Shown: positions 1-11,474 of the stretch, one piece after another | How the letters are laid out: every line of letters begins with the position of its first letter | Position numbering within the stretch: position 1 is the stretch's first letter | Assembly: GCA_964016885.1 (NCBI GenBank) | Contig: OZ024740.1 | Coordinates: 194,494,001-194,558,000 of the forward strand | Direction of reading: 5' to 3' | From: Eledone cirrhosa | Taxonomy: Eukaryota | DNA length: 64,000 bases | The notes under the pieces: model-generated | Database searches by the model: none | Seen by the model: the letters and a program-made list of their open reading frames with translations, nothing else | What the model was told of the DNA's origin: nothing | Made by a program: the position numbers and the translations under genes

Positions 1-324
1 AAAAATTTACTGATTAGAAACATTATTTATTTACAGTAACTGTGTTAATTCGTAGAGTATCTTGAAACGGAAGCATGTAAAATTTCATTTTTAGGTCTAT
101 ATTTGTTTATTTCAGTGAATGTTTATGAAGCTTAACTTCAACGATCCTCTGAATTGCTCGTATGTAACAATTCTGAGGAAATCAATATTCCAAAACCAAC
201 TAAATAGTGCCGTCATCCTTTTAAAATAATGTATCTAAAATATAGGGAAGCGTAATTATTAGTATTACAATTATATCTAGACCACCGTTTATTCTCTTTG
301 TAACATTTATGACATCCAGTACAG

Positions 325-360
325 CTGTGATCAACGGAAAACGCGTTGGAACAACTGTGT
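325..360 (+). ncRNA. Degenerate type I hammerhead-like motif (probable PLE pLTR remnant)
   Basis: CTG-TGA t CAACG gaaaacg CGTTG GAAC AACT GT: stem II is intact, but the core has lost bases relative to CTGATGA...GAAAC. Adjacent sequence (~267-302) recurs inverted at ~5059-5094. Confidence 0.35.
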
Positions 361-547
361 GATTTCTGAAGGAGATAACTTGTAAACTCATGTACGCCTA
401 ATATACATTTGAATAAAACACCAGTACCCATACTTTTGGGACAAACCTCATACACCTACATAGCCACACACACACATATTCCCCGATATATATATATATA
501 AATTATTGAAGAAATATATATATAGAGAGAGATAAATAGATAGCTAG

Positions 548-578
<31 letters not shown>

Positions 579-626
579 CATAGGTGGTGACATACATATA
601 AGGGTGACATTAGTCACCGGTTTAGC

Positions 627-700
627 TCAATGAATGAATTAATCATTTAATTAATTAGTCGGCAAACACTAATTAATTAATTGATTAATTCATTTATTGA
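627..700. repeat. AT-rich hairpin (about 33-bp arms, 8-nt loop)
   Basis: tcaatgaatgaattaatcatttaattaattagt-cggcaaac-actaattaattaattgattaattcatttattga. Confidence 0.75.
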
Positions 701-719
701 ATTTATAGAGGACATGTTG

Positions 720-1350
720 TTACCTAAGTCAACAGAAGGTGATCTCTGACTTGCACTTGATAGGTTTGATGTCGAGTGCTGCATGGCAGGAATGAAAATT
801 ATTGCTGCGAAAACTGAGACAGCCTCCTATCAAGAAAGCCTACGCAGTGTACTCTAAATGTGAATGGAGTTCTGTTGAAGCTGGTGGAGGAGATCAAGTA
901 TCTCAGGGCCGTGTTCATGACTGATGGAAGACAGGAGGCTGAATTAAGTGAAAGAATAGCAGGAGCTGGTGATGCAATGCACCAGCTTCAGTATTCGGCA
1001 ATCAGAAGAAGGGAGTTAGGAGTAAAAACCAAACTCGCTATCTTCAAATCGACCATAGCACCTATGGTCGTGAATCTTGTGTAATGACCGGAAGATACGA
1101 TAGCAAATACAAGCGGCCGAAATGGGGTTCCTCTGAAGGGTCTTCGGATAAACTTTACTCGATAGAATGCGTAGCTCAGAGATCAGAGTGTTTATTTGAG
1201 GTTAATCTGAGGAGATAACTTGTGGAGCCGCTACCTCTCCGTATCGAGAGATCACAGATCCGATAATATGGGCATGTGGTTAAAATGTACCTGGAAAGAA
1301 TCGATGGAGAGATTTTATGGGCAAAACTATTCAAGAGGAGACCCAGGTGT
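720..1350 (+). mobile_element. Decayed RTE-clade LINE, 3' RT/C-terminal fragment
   Basis: Broken frames read IKYLRAVFMTDGRQEAELSERI...LGVKTKLAIFKS, then QIQAAEMGFL..TLLDRMRSS, typical of RTE C-termini. A homolog lies at 39295-39520. Confidence 0.8.
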
Positions 1351-1489
1351 AGATCCGAGAAATATAGTTGCATAACATCTGTGAACTTCACTGGTCTCGT
1401 ATGTGTGTCTGCGTATATATGCGAGTATATGTATTATGTGTATATATATATATATACTTAAAAATACACCAAATAGCGGTCACATGAAC

Positions 1490-1543
<54 letters not shown>

Positions 1544-1553
1544 ATATATATTT

Positions 1554-1930
1554 CTAGGACAGGTAAAATTCCCGAGATGCATGGACGAGTTCTCTCCAGC
1601 GGTCTCTGTCCCTCATTATTGCTGCCATGTCCTGCGTCTCCAACAGACCAGTGTCTGTCCTTAGGGCATCAACATAAGTTAACCTTGGTCTTCCTCTTCC
1701 AGTGTGTCCATGTAGGGGCTCCCACAGGAACACTGAGTGCATTGTCAACTCTGGATGTCGGTGAGCATGTCCAGCTAATCTCAGTCTCCTCAGTGTCACT
1801 TTTGAGGTTATAGTGAAATAAACATATGGTTTGGGTAGAGCAACCATAACGGAGTACATAACTTACTGATAATATCCGATGTTTTTCTCCACATGTGGAT
1901 GGGTTACACTAGCCACATTGAAACGACTGT
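1554..1930 (-). mobile_element. RTE-clade LINE 3' end fragment
   Basis: ORF 1554-1859 contains RRLRLAGHAHRH...WEP.HG..GRGRPRLTYVDAL...RDRDRWR. Confidence 0.85.
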
Positions 1931-3424
1931 AGTGATGTATAATTAAATAAATAATAATAACAATCATTGGTCCTATTGAATTCTGAATTATAAATATATA
2001 TATGTTGCTGCAGTTGTTGATATGGCTGTTTAGTCCTTCATTTGACAGGCAGATAGTCGACCGAAGACTGAGGTGTGACCTACAGATCTATCGTCCCAGT
2101 TATACAATGTCACCATCTTGCTGATATCAATGTTTGGGGCGATGGAGGAGGAGTGACAGTCTCTAAATATTGCCTCTTCTACACTGTCCATTCCGGTTCC
2201 TTAATCCCGTAAATTCTGATTATACTTGCATAGGAGGTAGAGAGTGAGGATTCGGTTAATAGACGACAGGTGTTGTTCCTATTAATCTATTGTTATTGTT
2301 ATGAATCCCAGTAGTAAATATTCTATGTTAGTCGATATTCACTTTCTACTAGAATCCTGAACATCAAGATAACCTTCAGAGAAAAAGAAAATATTAATTA
2401 CTACGAAGAAAAATGTATTTAAAAAAATTGCTATTAAACCGCTTCCTGTCTATTTGTGTTATGATGTCAGTAGCTAATAGAAAGAAACACATTCCTATTA
2501 TGAAAATACTCACAGAAAAAAGGGCAACTTCATTATCACCTAATAACTGCTGTAAGTTATTTGGTGATTGTCCCTGAAAATCTTTTTGCAAGTTTATTGA
2601 ATAATGCTATAAAATTTTGATTGGATCTGATTACTTTTTCTAACATGATGGCTAATATTGCCATTTTGATTATATTAAATATTTCACTAGCCTCCATTAT
2701 TTAATAAAAAAAAGTCATATCTTTTATACCGCTAATTGTCTTTTTGAATTATTAATCTAGATAACTTCTTTTCATTTTTATTTTTAAGAAACGCAATTAA
2801 TAATTCATTCGATTTAAAATTATAACCTCCACTTTTATAATACAATGAATTATCATATTTTCATAAAGATTTGATTCTGGTTTATTACTTCCAGCATACT
2901 TCCCCGATAAAAGGACATTATCAGCATTTCAGAAATGTCATTTTACATCAAGGTTACTTGTAATAAACTGTGCAATATGTTTACGCTATCTTAATTATGT
3001 TTCTAATTAAAATATGTTATAATCAATCATTTTACAAGAACCTCGATAGCTGATGTGTAAGTATCATTTCTGATTATATATATATATATATATGTGGGTG
3101 TGTGGGTGTGGGTTTGTGTGTGTGTGTGGGGGGGGGGGGGTGCGCGTGCGTGTGTGTGTGTATGTGTGTATATATATATACATATATATATATACATTTA
3201 TATATTTATAATTAATAGTATGTATGTGCCTGTTTGTTCACTGATAATGATGATATATCAGCCATGAGAACACTGACAATTCTGCTAGAAAACTTAGACG
3301 ACTCTCCACTGATGCTGATGATGTATCATCCACGGGATTGCTGACAAATTTGATGAAAAGCTGATGCAAAAAAAAAAAAATGATTTAACATTTTTTTCGT
3401 CGATATCTTTAAACAAGTACAATT

Positions 3425-3720
3425 TGCTTCGTGGACAAGTAGTCGGTGACTAAACCGGCTCTCTCACCAGACTTTTATCTGATGATGAGGGTGAGTGGAA
3501 CTCCAGCAACAGAAAAACAAGAGCTGTTAAAAGGGTGGATAATCTTCTCAGAGTCAATGACAATTCAACCCGACTATGGGTTAGAAAGCCTCACTAACCT
3601 GCAATTGGCCAAGTGTGGTGAGTATAGCTACACCCCTGACATGACCAAAACCAAACAGAAAGCTGTGGAGGTCAACTAGGGAGGAGTTCCTTCAACAGGA
3701 GTGAGAAGGCCTTGGATTGG
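3425..3720 (+). repeat. Interspersed repeat family A, copy 1 (unclassified)
   Basis: Shares agtcggtgactaaaccg, gctgttaaaagggt, aattggccaagtgtggtgag and ccaaacagaaa.ctgtg with 22420-22715. Confidence 0.7.
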
Positions 3721-4457
3721 ATTGGATTGGATTTTTTATTTTATCTTATATATTGTTTAATTTTTTATTTCGTTTCATTTGTTATCTCATCAATTTTGGA
3801 TTAGTTCTATATTTTATTTAATTTTGATTTCCTCTTTCTTTTTTAATTTAATTTTCTATTTCGTTATATTTTTGATTTGATTTTTATATCACTGGATTTT
3901 ATTTTGTTATATTTTTTATTTCATTTAATGTTTTAAATCGTGGGGATTTGGGGTTGCATTCATTTTGGATTTTGTTTAATTTTTGACTTCATCTTTTTCT
4001 CGATTTTAAGGTGGTGAGGTGCATTTGAAAAAATATGTGGTTCTTATTTTCAACAGGTCCATGATATGGTACATCTATAGGAGCCATCGTTCATTATAGT
4101 AGAAATATGGAATTATGACCCTTGGTAGCATATTAATTCCTTACATACTTGTTGGTTCCTCATGACTTTGGCTATTTCAACTGTAGTACATTACATTTTG
4201 TATGGCCCACCTCATGCAGGATTCGAATCAGAGCATGTAATAACGAAATCTGTTACTATCAAGGCTTTATTATAAACTTTTCCATTACTCTGCTACCTTG
4301 GCAACAAAGGAGCACAGATCACTTAAAACAGGAGGAATATCTCATAAGAGCACGTCTTGTCATCTTATAAAGAGGACACTTTCATGATGTAGTCCTAGAT
4401 ATACATTGCCCGGAAGAAGGGCGAGATAGCCATGAATAGAACACATTTACTAGTAAT

Positions 4458-4672
4458 AATAATTGTTTCTACTTTAGGCACAAGGCCAGTAATTTGAAGG
4501 GGATGGGAAAGTTGATTAAATCTACTCCAAGTGAATTACTGGTGCTTTATTTTATTGACCCCGTAAAGGTGAAGGCACAGCTAACCCCGGTGGGATTTGA
4601 ACTCAGAACGTAAGGGGTCATAACTCTGTACTGCAAAGCAGGATGTCTGACGCTCTACTGATGCTGACAATC
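4458..4672 (-). mobile_element. tRNA-derived SINE (family S1)
   Basis: Family core tttattttat.gacccc..aagg.tgaa(a)ggca.ag...accyc.g.gggatttgaactcag (B-box on minus strand) is repeated more than 10 times in the window. Confidence 0.8.
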
Positions 4673-5098
4673 TGTACAGTTATGGGATTAAACAACAATA
4701 ACCTAATAAGAAAATATTCTATGATTAAAAACTCAAAGAAATTAAACGAAGCTACAATATTGTCTTCAATATGTACGGCTTAAGAAATTCGATGAGTTTA
4801 TGATATTTATCACTTATGATGCTGATAAATCCCGGTTTTCTGCAGCGACGTAATCCAAACAAATGATTACATTTCACTAGCAGTAACGTCACATTAACTA
4901 TCGGAGAATAGTGTAGACAATGTTACGCTAAAGAAGGCAAATAGTAAGCTGATTTAATATTTGCTTGCTTTTTGCCACATTGTCGACATATAGACGCGCA
5001 ACCTTCTCACTAACATGGTTTGCTGGTGATATGTAATGGATACTGAAAGGGTATACAGGTTACAAAGAGAATAAACGGTGGTCTGGATATAACTGGAT

Positions 5099-6088
5099 GG
5101 CAGAGGGGGGGGGTGAAGGTAAGAGATACAAGGAGAGAGAAAGAGGATAGCAGTAAGAAAGAAACAGACTGGTCACAGAGGAGGGAAAAATATAAATGAA
5201 AAATGGCGAGCTGCGTTGTTGCAAATGGGATACATATGAATAAAATTAGAACAAGAAGACAGGACTGTCCATCATCAGTTATCTTCCAGCCATCATTGGT
5301 ATTTCTTCGCATTAAAGACCATATACCTCAGGCTGGTGCGAGCAATAACTAAAAAAAGTTATTGGGACAGGTAGAATTGGGTGTAGAATGCGAAACATGT
5401 ACACAAACAGATATGGTAATGCAACGGAAAGAGAGGAAGATGAGAAGCACGTCCGTGATATCTGTGCACTTAAGTTCGATTAAATCGTGGACGAGAAGAG
5501 AAGACACATCCAGACCCTGTGAAATGTGAGCGAGAAAAGGATTTCACACAGGTCAGACGGGAGGAAGTGAGAGAGGGGGAGTGAGTAGCAGAGAGTGAGT
5601 GAGTGAAAGTGTTAGGAAGAGGCCAGCCGAGAGAGGGTGACTGGCAGAGGGGGGAATGAAGGTGAGAGATACAAGGAGAGAGAAAGAGGATAGCAGTAAG
5701 AAAGAAACAGACGGGTCACAGCGGAGGGAAAAATATAAATGCAAAATGGCGTGCTGCGTTGTTGAAAATGGGATACATATGAATAAAATCAGAACAAGAA
5801 CACAGGACGGTCGGTCATCAGTGATCTTCCAGCCATCATCGGTATTTCTTCGCATTAAAGACCATATACCTCAGGCTGGTGCGAGCAATAACTCAAAAAA
5901 GTTATTGGGACAGGTAGAATTGGGTTTAGAAAGCGAGACATGTACACAAACAGAGATGGTAATGCAACGGAAAGAGAGGAAGAGGAGAAGCACGTCCGTG
6001 ATATCTGTGCACTTAAGTTAACCAGAGAGAGTGGACGAGAGAGAAGACACGCCCAGACCCTGTGAAATGTGAGCGAGAAAAGGATTTC
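5099..6088 (-). repeat. Direct duplication of about 450 bp (5099-5547 and 5643-6088, period ~543), possibly decayed PLE 3' region/pLTR
   Basis: Two copies of roughly 90% identity. A minus frame reads ISVCVHVSLSKPNS...LLLAPA*GI, weakly like PLE GIY-YIG C-termini. Confidence 0.6.
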
Positions 6089-6089
6089 A

Positions 6090-6298
<209 letters not shown>

Positions 6299-6548
6299 TG
6301 GCAGCTAAGATGCTTCATAGGCGGTATGCCGGTTGAGCACTCTATGCTCTTAGAGAGCAAAGTATCATAGAATAGAAAACGAAAAATGAGAGAATATGCT
6401 CCAAAATCATTAGACGTGTCCGTCGAACCTGCGGCGTCAGAATCAGACAGATCCACACAATGATCGCGTCTCGAGCTGTCCGCCGGCGAAACAATTGTAA
6501 CACAATAAATTGAGTTCAGATGCATCACAGATTTCTCGTTTTCTATTC

Positions 6549-6660
<112 letters not shown>

Positions 6661-6883
6661 CAATTAAGTCAAAAATGTACATCCACATATGTATACTGAA
6701 ATACTAGTATGCATATGAATACACACACGTGTACATATGTAGATGTACCGAGTTTTTCACTGGACACTTTACTGTGAGTGTCCAGCTATTCTGTATGTAA
6801 ACACACAGACAAACCGGTTTTTAGAGTCATACTGGTTTTCGAGGAAACACCTTTCCTCTATTCTCCAGAAAGCCAGACAAGGA

Positions 6884-6926
6884 ATATTGGACTAGTTTCG
6901 ATGTTGTTACATCTCATCAGCAATAT
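6884..6926 (-). ncRNA. Type I minimal hammerhead ribozyme, copy 1
   Basis: Minus strand: ATATTG CTGATGA GATGT aaca ACATC GAAA CTAG TC CAATAT; full core, stems I and II perfect, GUC cleavage triplet. Confidence 0.9.
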
Positions 6927-7349
6927 GTACCTATCTTCCGGCCTTTCTAGAGAATCGTAAAAGCACATATCGTTATATGCTTTTTCTATGAAAATTAGTA
7001 GTGGGCAGACTAATTTGCATAGAGCGTGAGTACGTACCGGTTCAGCGGAGACGATAAAAACAAATAACGAAACGAAATTAAATTTCGTTTCGTTTCTAAC
7101 TCACTTTTGTATGACTGACGCTTAAACAATTAAGTCAAAAATGCACATCCACATATGTATACTGAAATACTAGTATGCATATGAATACACACACGTGTAC
7201 ATATGTAGATGTACCGAGTTTTTCACTGGACACTTTACTGTGAGTGTCCAGCTATTCTGTATGTAAACACACAGACAAACCGGTTTTTAGAGTCATACTG
7301 GTTTTCGAGGAAACACCTTTCCTCTATTCTCCAGAAAGCCAGACAAGGA

Positions 7350-7392
7350 ATATTGGACTAGTTTCGATGTTGTTACATCTCATCAGCAATAT
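7350..7392 (-). ncRNA. Type I minimal hammerhead ribozyme, copy 2
   Basis: Identical motif to 6884-6926. Confidence 0.9.
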
Positions 7393-7617
7393 TTACCTAT
7401 CTTCCGGCCTTTCTAGAGAATCGTAAAAGCACATATCGTTATATGCTTTTTCTATGAAAATTAGTAGTGGGCAGACTAATTTGCATAGAGCGTGAGTACG
7501 TACCGGTTCAGCGGAGACGATAAAAACAAATTAGTCTGCCCACTACTAATTTTCATAGAAAAAGCATATAACGATATGTGCTTTTACGATTCTCTAGAAA
7601 GGCCGGAAGATAGGTAA

Positions 7618-7660
7618 ATATTGCTGATGAGATGTAACAACATCGAAACTAGTCCAATAT
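7618..7660 (+). ncRNA. Type I minimal hammerhead ribozyme, copy 3
   Basis: atattg ctgatga gatgt aaca acatc gaaa ctag tc caatat; predicted cleavage after 7654. Confidence 0.9.
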
Positions 7661-8083
7661 TCCTTGTCTGGCTTTCTGGAGAATAGAGGAAAGGTGTTTC
7701 CTCGAAAACCAGTATGACTCTAAAAACCGGTTTGTCTGTGTGTTTACATACAGAATAGCTGGACACTCACAGTAAAGTGTCCAGTGAAAAACTCGGTACA
7801 TCTACATATGTACACGTGTGTGTATTCATATGTATACTAGTATTTCAGTACACATATGTGGATGTACATTTTTGACTTAATTGTTTAAGCGTCAGTCATA
7901 CAAAAGTGAGTTACAAACGAAACGAAATTTAATTTCGTTTCGTTATTTGTTTTTATCGTCTCCGCTGAACCGGTACGTACTCACGCTCTATGCAAATTAG
8001 TCTGCCCACTACTAATTTTTATAGAAAAAGCATATAACGATATGTGCTTTTACGATTCTCTAGAAAGGCCGGAAGATAGGTAA

Positions 8084-8126
8084 ATATTGCTGATGAGATG
8101 TAACAACATCGAAACTAGTCCAATAT
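8084..8126 (+). ncRNA. Type I minimal hammerhead ribozyme, copy 4
   Basis: Identical motif; predicted cleavage after 8120. Confidence 0.9.
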
Positions 8127-9007
8127 TCCTTGTCTGGCTTTCTGGAGAATAGAGGAAAGGTGTTTCCTCGAAAACCAGTATGACTCTAAAAACCGGTTTG
8201 TCTGTGTGTTTACATACAGAATAGCTGGACACTCACAGTAAAGTGTCCAGTGAAAAACTCGGTACATCTACATATGTACACGTGTGTGTATTCATATGCA
8301 TACTAGTATTTCAGTATACATATGTGGATGTACATTTTTGACTTAATTGTTTAAGCGTCAGTCATACAAAAGTGAGTTACAAACGAAACGAAATTTAATT
8401 TCGTTTCGTTATTTGTTTTTATATATATATATATATATATATGTATATTTACATATATACACAATTTATCGAGTAACTTTATTTAGTTATTTGTTTCTAA
8501 TAGTTTTAATGTTATTTTTTTTGTTTTTTGACCAACTATTACACCACATGAAAATATCATTATTATAACTTGAAACTGATATTAGAATAATGCAATTCAC
8601 ATATATACCGATTTTGACACTGAATAGGTGAAAATCATTTACATTACAAAGGATGGCACGAATAGAATTTATGTTCAACTTAAGTAGATGAAGCGTATTC
8701 CTATTTAAGGGAGAAAAAAATTAAAACTGACATTAGAATCAGTATTTATGAATATTGATTCCTTTATTGCTTATGTAATTGTTTAGGTATTTAGAAATAA
8801 CTCTACACTAGTTGCAAGAATCTGTTCTGTTAACTTGAGTTATATATATTTACTTTTCTTTTCAATCTAAAAGACCCTTGTAGAGTTATCAAAAGAATGT
8901 GATATATATTCTGTCATTTAATATAATGAATATTCTCCCATATACAAACTACAACCATGAGCCGGTTTTAACTTTTAGTTTAAATAATGACACTTCTAGT
9001 TTTGTAA

Positions 9008-9200
9008 ATAATAATTGTTTCTACTTTTGGCACAAGGCCAGCAATTATCCCAGTGCATTACTGGTACTTTATTTTATCGACTCCGTAAGGATGAAAGGCA
9101 AAGTTAACCTCGGCGGGATTTGAACTCAAATCATAAAGGGAGGTAACTCTATGATTCAAAGCATGGCGTCCGACCCTCTATAGATACTGCCAATCCACAG
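9008..9200 (-). mobile_element. tRNA-derived SINE (family S1)
   Basis: aattgtttctacttttggcacaaggccagc...tttatcgactccgtaaggatgaaaggcaaagttaacctcggcgggatttgaactc. Confidence 0.85.
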
Positions 9201-10206
9201 CCCTTTTGTAAATAATAATAGGATGCTTTGGTTCTGTGACACCTGATGGACTCGTAGGGGCGCCTTATTGACATGACATTGCTTCGGCATTTTGAGCTTG
9301 GTGGATCCCAACCCTTTCCAGATCTGTGTACAGTACATTTCTTTCAGAGAAGTATAGAGAGTGTGAGAGAGAAAGTGAGAAAGAGATATAGAGGAAGAAT
9401 CGATCCTCAGTATTAGACAGATACCAGTATTAGAATAATGATCTAATAATAAATATTATAATATAATATAGAATCACGATTCATTATTCTATAACAGTAT
9501 TAACAGTTTATATAAGCATAATTACATGTGTTTTATCATAAGCATATATAAACCCATCTATACATTCGGTAAGCTGTGTGTCGACCTTCTTACTTCTAAT
9601 CCCTCAAAACATAATGTAGTAGTACAACTTGGTAATCAGTCAGTGTGAATATTACGATAGCTACAAAGAAAAGGTGTTTTAAATTTCAACAATGTGATCG
9701 ATAATGCACTCCTTTAACCACAGTCTTTTAGCCAGATGAAAAATACAGATATTCTCGTTTCAGCTAAATATATATATGTTTGTGTTTAAAGTAGAAAGAT
9801 ATTTTCTTGTGTCTTTCGTTTTATAAAATACTGATTTATTTTTTTGTATGAGACGCATAGCTGAAATAGCCATTTATACTTCGAATTTAATTGGGTCACA
9901 TACCTAATAACCAAATATCTTACAACAACGTAAAATTCAGAAATGAAAAAGAAACATACTGTTTGAAAATCAAATATTATATGATTACGTCAGCAGATAT
10001 TTACACACTTTATCAGACAATGAAACGTATTAAATCAGGGTAGCAAATGCTTGAGTATTTGGATATTTTGAATAGAGGGAATAAGGGGAATAGGTCACGA
10101 TGGACCAGGCATACTGTACATTAGAACAATTCCTAGTCTACTTACGGTAATAATTGTTCCTTCAGATCATTTGAATAAAGTTTGAGGTTTTTAACAAGTT
10201 AATTTT

Positions 10207-10237
<31 letters not shown>

Positions 10238-10249
10238 CATCTTACTCAT

Positions 10250-10555
10250 AAGGAAAATTAGCAGAATCGTTAGAACGTCGGGTAGCGTGCTTTGTTTTAT
10301 TCGTTCCGGTTCTCTGCACTCTGAGGTCAATCCCGTCGATTTTAACTTTGTCTTTCATCATTTCGAGGTTAATAAAAAAAAGTTTCAGTTTAGAACTGAC
10401 ATTGATTCTTTTTCTGTTTCTCTTTCTCTCTTTCACTTTCTATCCTTCTCTGAAAGAAATGTGTTGTGTTCAGACCTTGAGACAGGTGGGCTCTGTCAGG
10501 CTTAAAATGCCCAAGAAACGCCACTACGGCGCCCTTGCCACTTCATCACGAATTA
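10250..10555 (+). mobile_element. SINE with S1-like head and a different 3' part; related segments at 9215-9345 (-) and 20726-21060 (+)
   Basis: ttagcagaatcgttagaacgtcgg...aatcccgtcgattttaactttgtctttcatc, then cagaccttgagacaggtgggctctgtcaggcttaaaatgccc. Confidence 0.6.
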
Positions 10556-11302
10556 CGGGACCATAACATGCCCCTCATAAGGTATAAGATATAAAAAGTA
10601 CGTATGATCATTGCTAACGTAAGATGATTTTGTATTAGTTTACTAAAGATTTAAAATATTAATATTCGTCGAAAAGAGATCTGCTAGAATCGTTTATTTT
10701 CCATTTGGAAAACTAAAAGTATTCTATTCTTAAACTATTTATCTAATTTGTATAACTTCCGAATTGCTCAGATGTTTAAATAGAAAGAGCAATGATGTAT
10801 TTAAGATCTCAGAAATTATGTTGTAAAACTATCAATTCTTTGGCGGAAATAAGTCTGATGAAAGTTACATTAATATATTAGAAGCGTATATAAGAACTCA
10901 GTCGTCTCTCCTATATACATTTCAGAAATGCGCATCAAGTTTCACTCCTACTAGAACAAGAGGATACATCAAAACCGTTGTTTATTAGATTAATAAATAT
11001 TATTATATGTGATGGTAACTGGTAATTTTGATACTTCCAAGTATGTTATTTGATAGAGGTGGGAAATGTATCACTTTCGGGGATAGTTTGCTTGTCTTTG
11101 CAATAAACGTGGCAAAATAGTTTTATAACTATTCCAGATTTTTTATTCAATGCAAGTGAGAAATGACTGTCATTTGCGAATGCAAACACATGATTTGAAA
11201 ATAATTGCATTAAGGCATGAGCATGAAGGGCTGTAGCTTCCAGGCATTAAGTAAAGCGTTTATCAAAGCTAAATCCGAGTAAATGTGTTCTAAGTTATAT
11301 AT

Positions 11303-11388
<86 letters not shown>

Positions 11389-11404
11389 TACATACACACA
11401 CACA

Positions 11405-11474
<70 letters not shown>

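Noticed and set aside
213-455. Cys-rich 80-aa ORF superficially EGF-like
   Set aside because: Cysteine spacing is not canonical and the ORF overlaps repeat-derived sequence.
331-4180. Phase-compatible minus-strand micro-exon chain (xEIAKVMRNQQ / GQSPNNLQQLL / EITQLFQRVFR*) and a look-alike DITQLLNQ near 13250
   Set aside because: The last 'exon' is the antisense of a decayed hammerhead-like repeat. Short AG...GT pairs arise often by chance in AT-rich DNA, and the peptide resembles nothing I recognise. RNA-seq would be needed.
6778-8232. Four repeated 60-aa ORFs (MSSYSVCKH...)
   Set aside because: GTG start, antisense to the ribozyme, no known motif; repetition just reflects the 466-bp unit.
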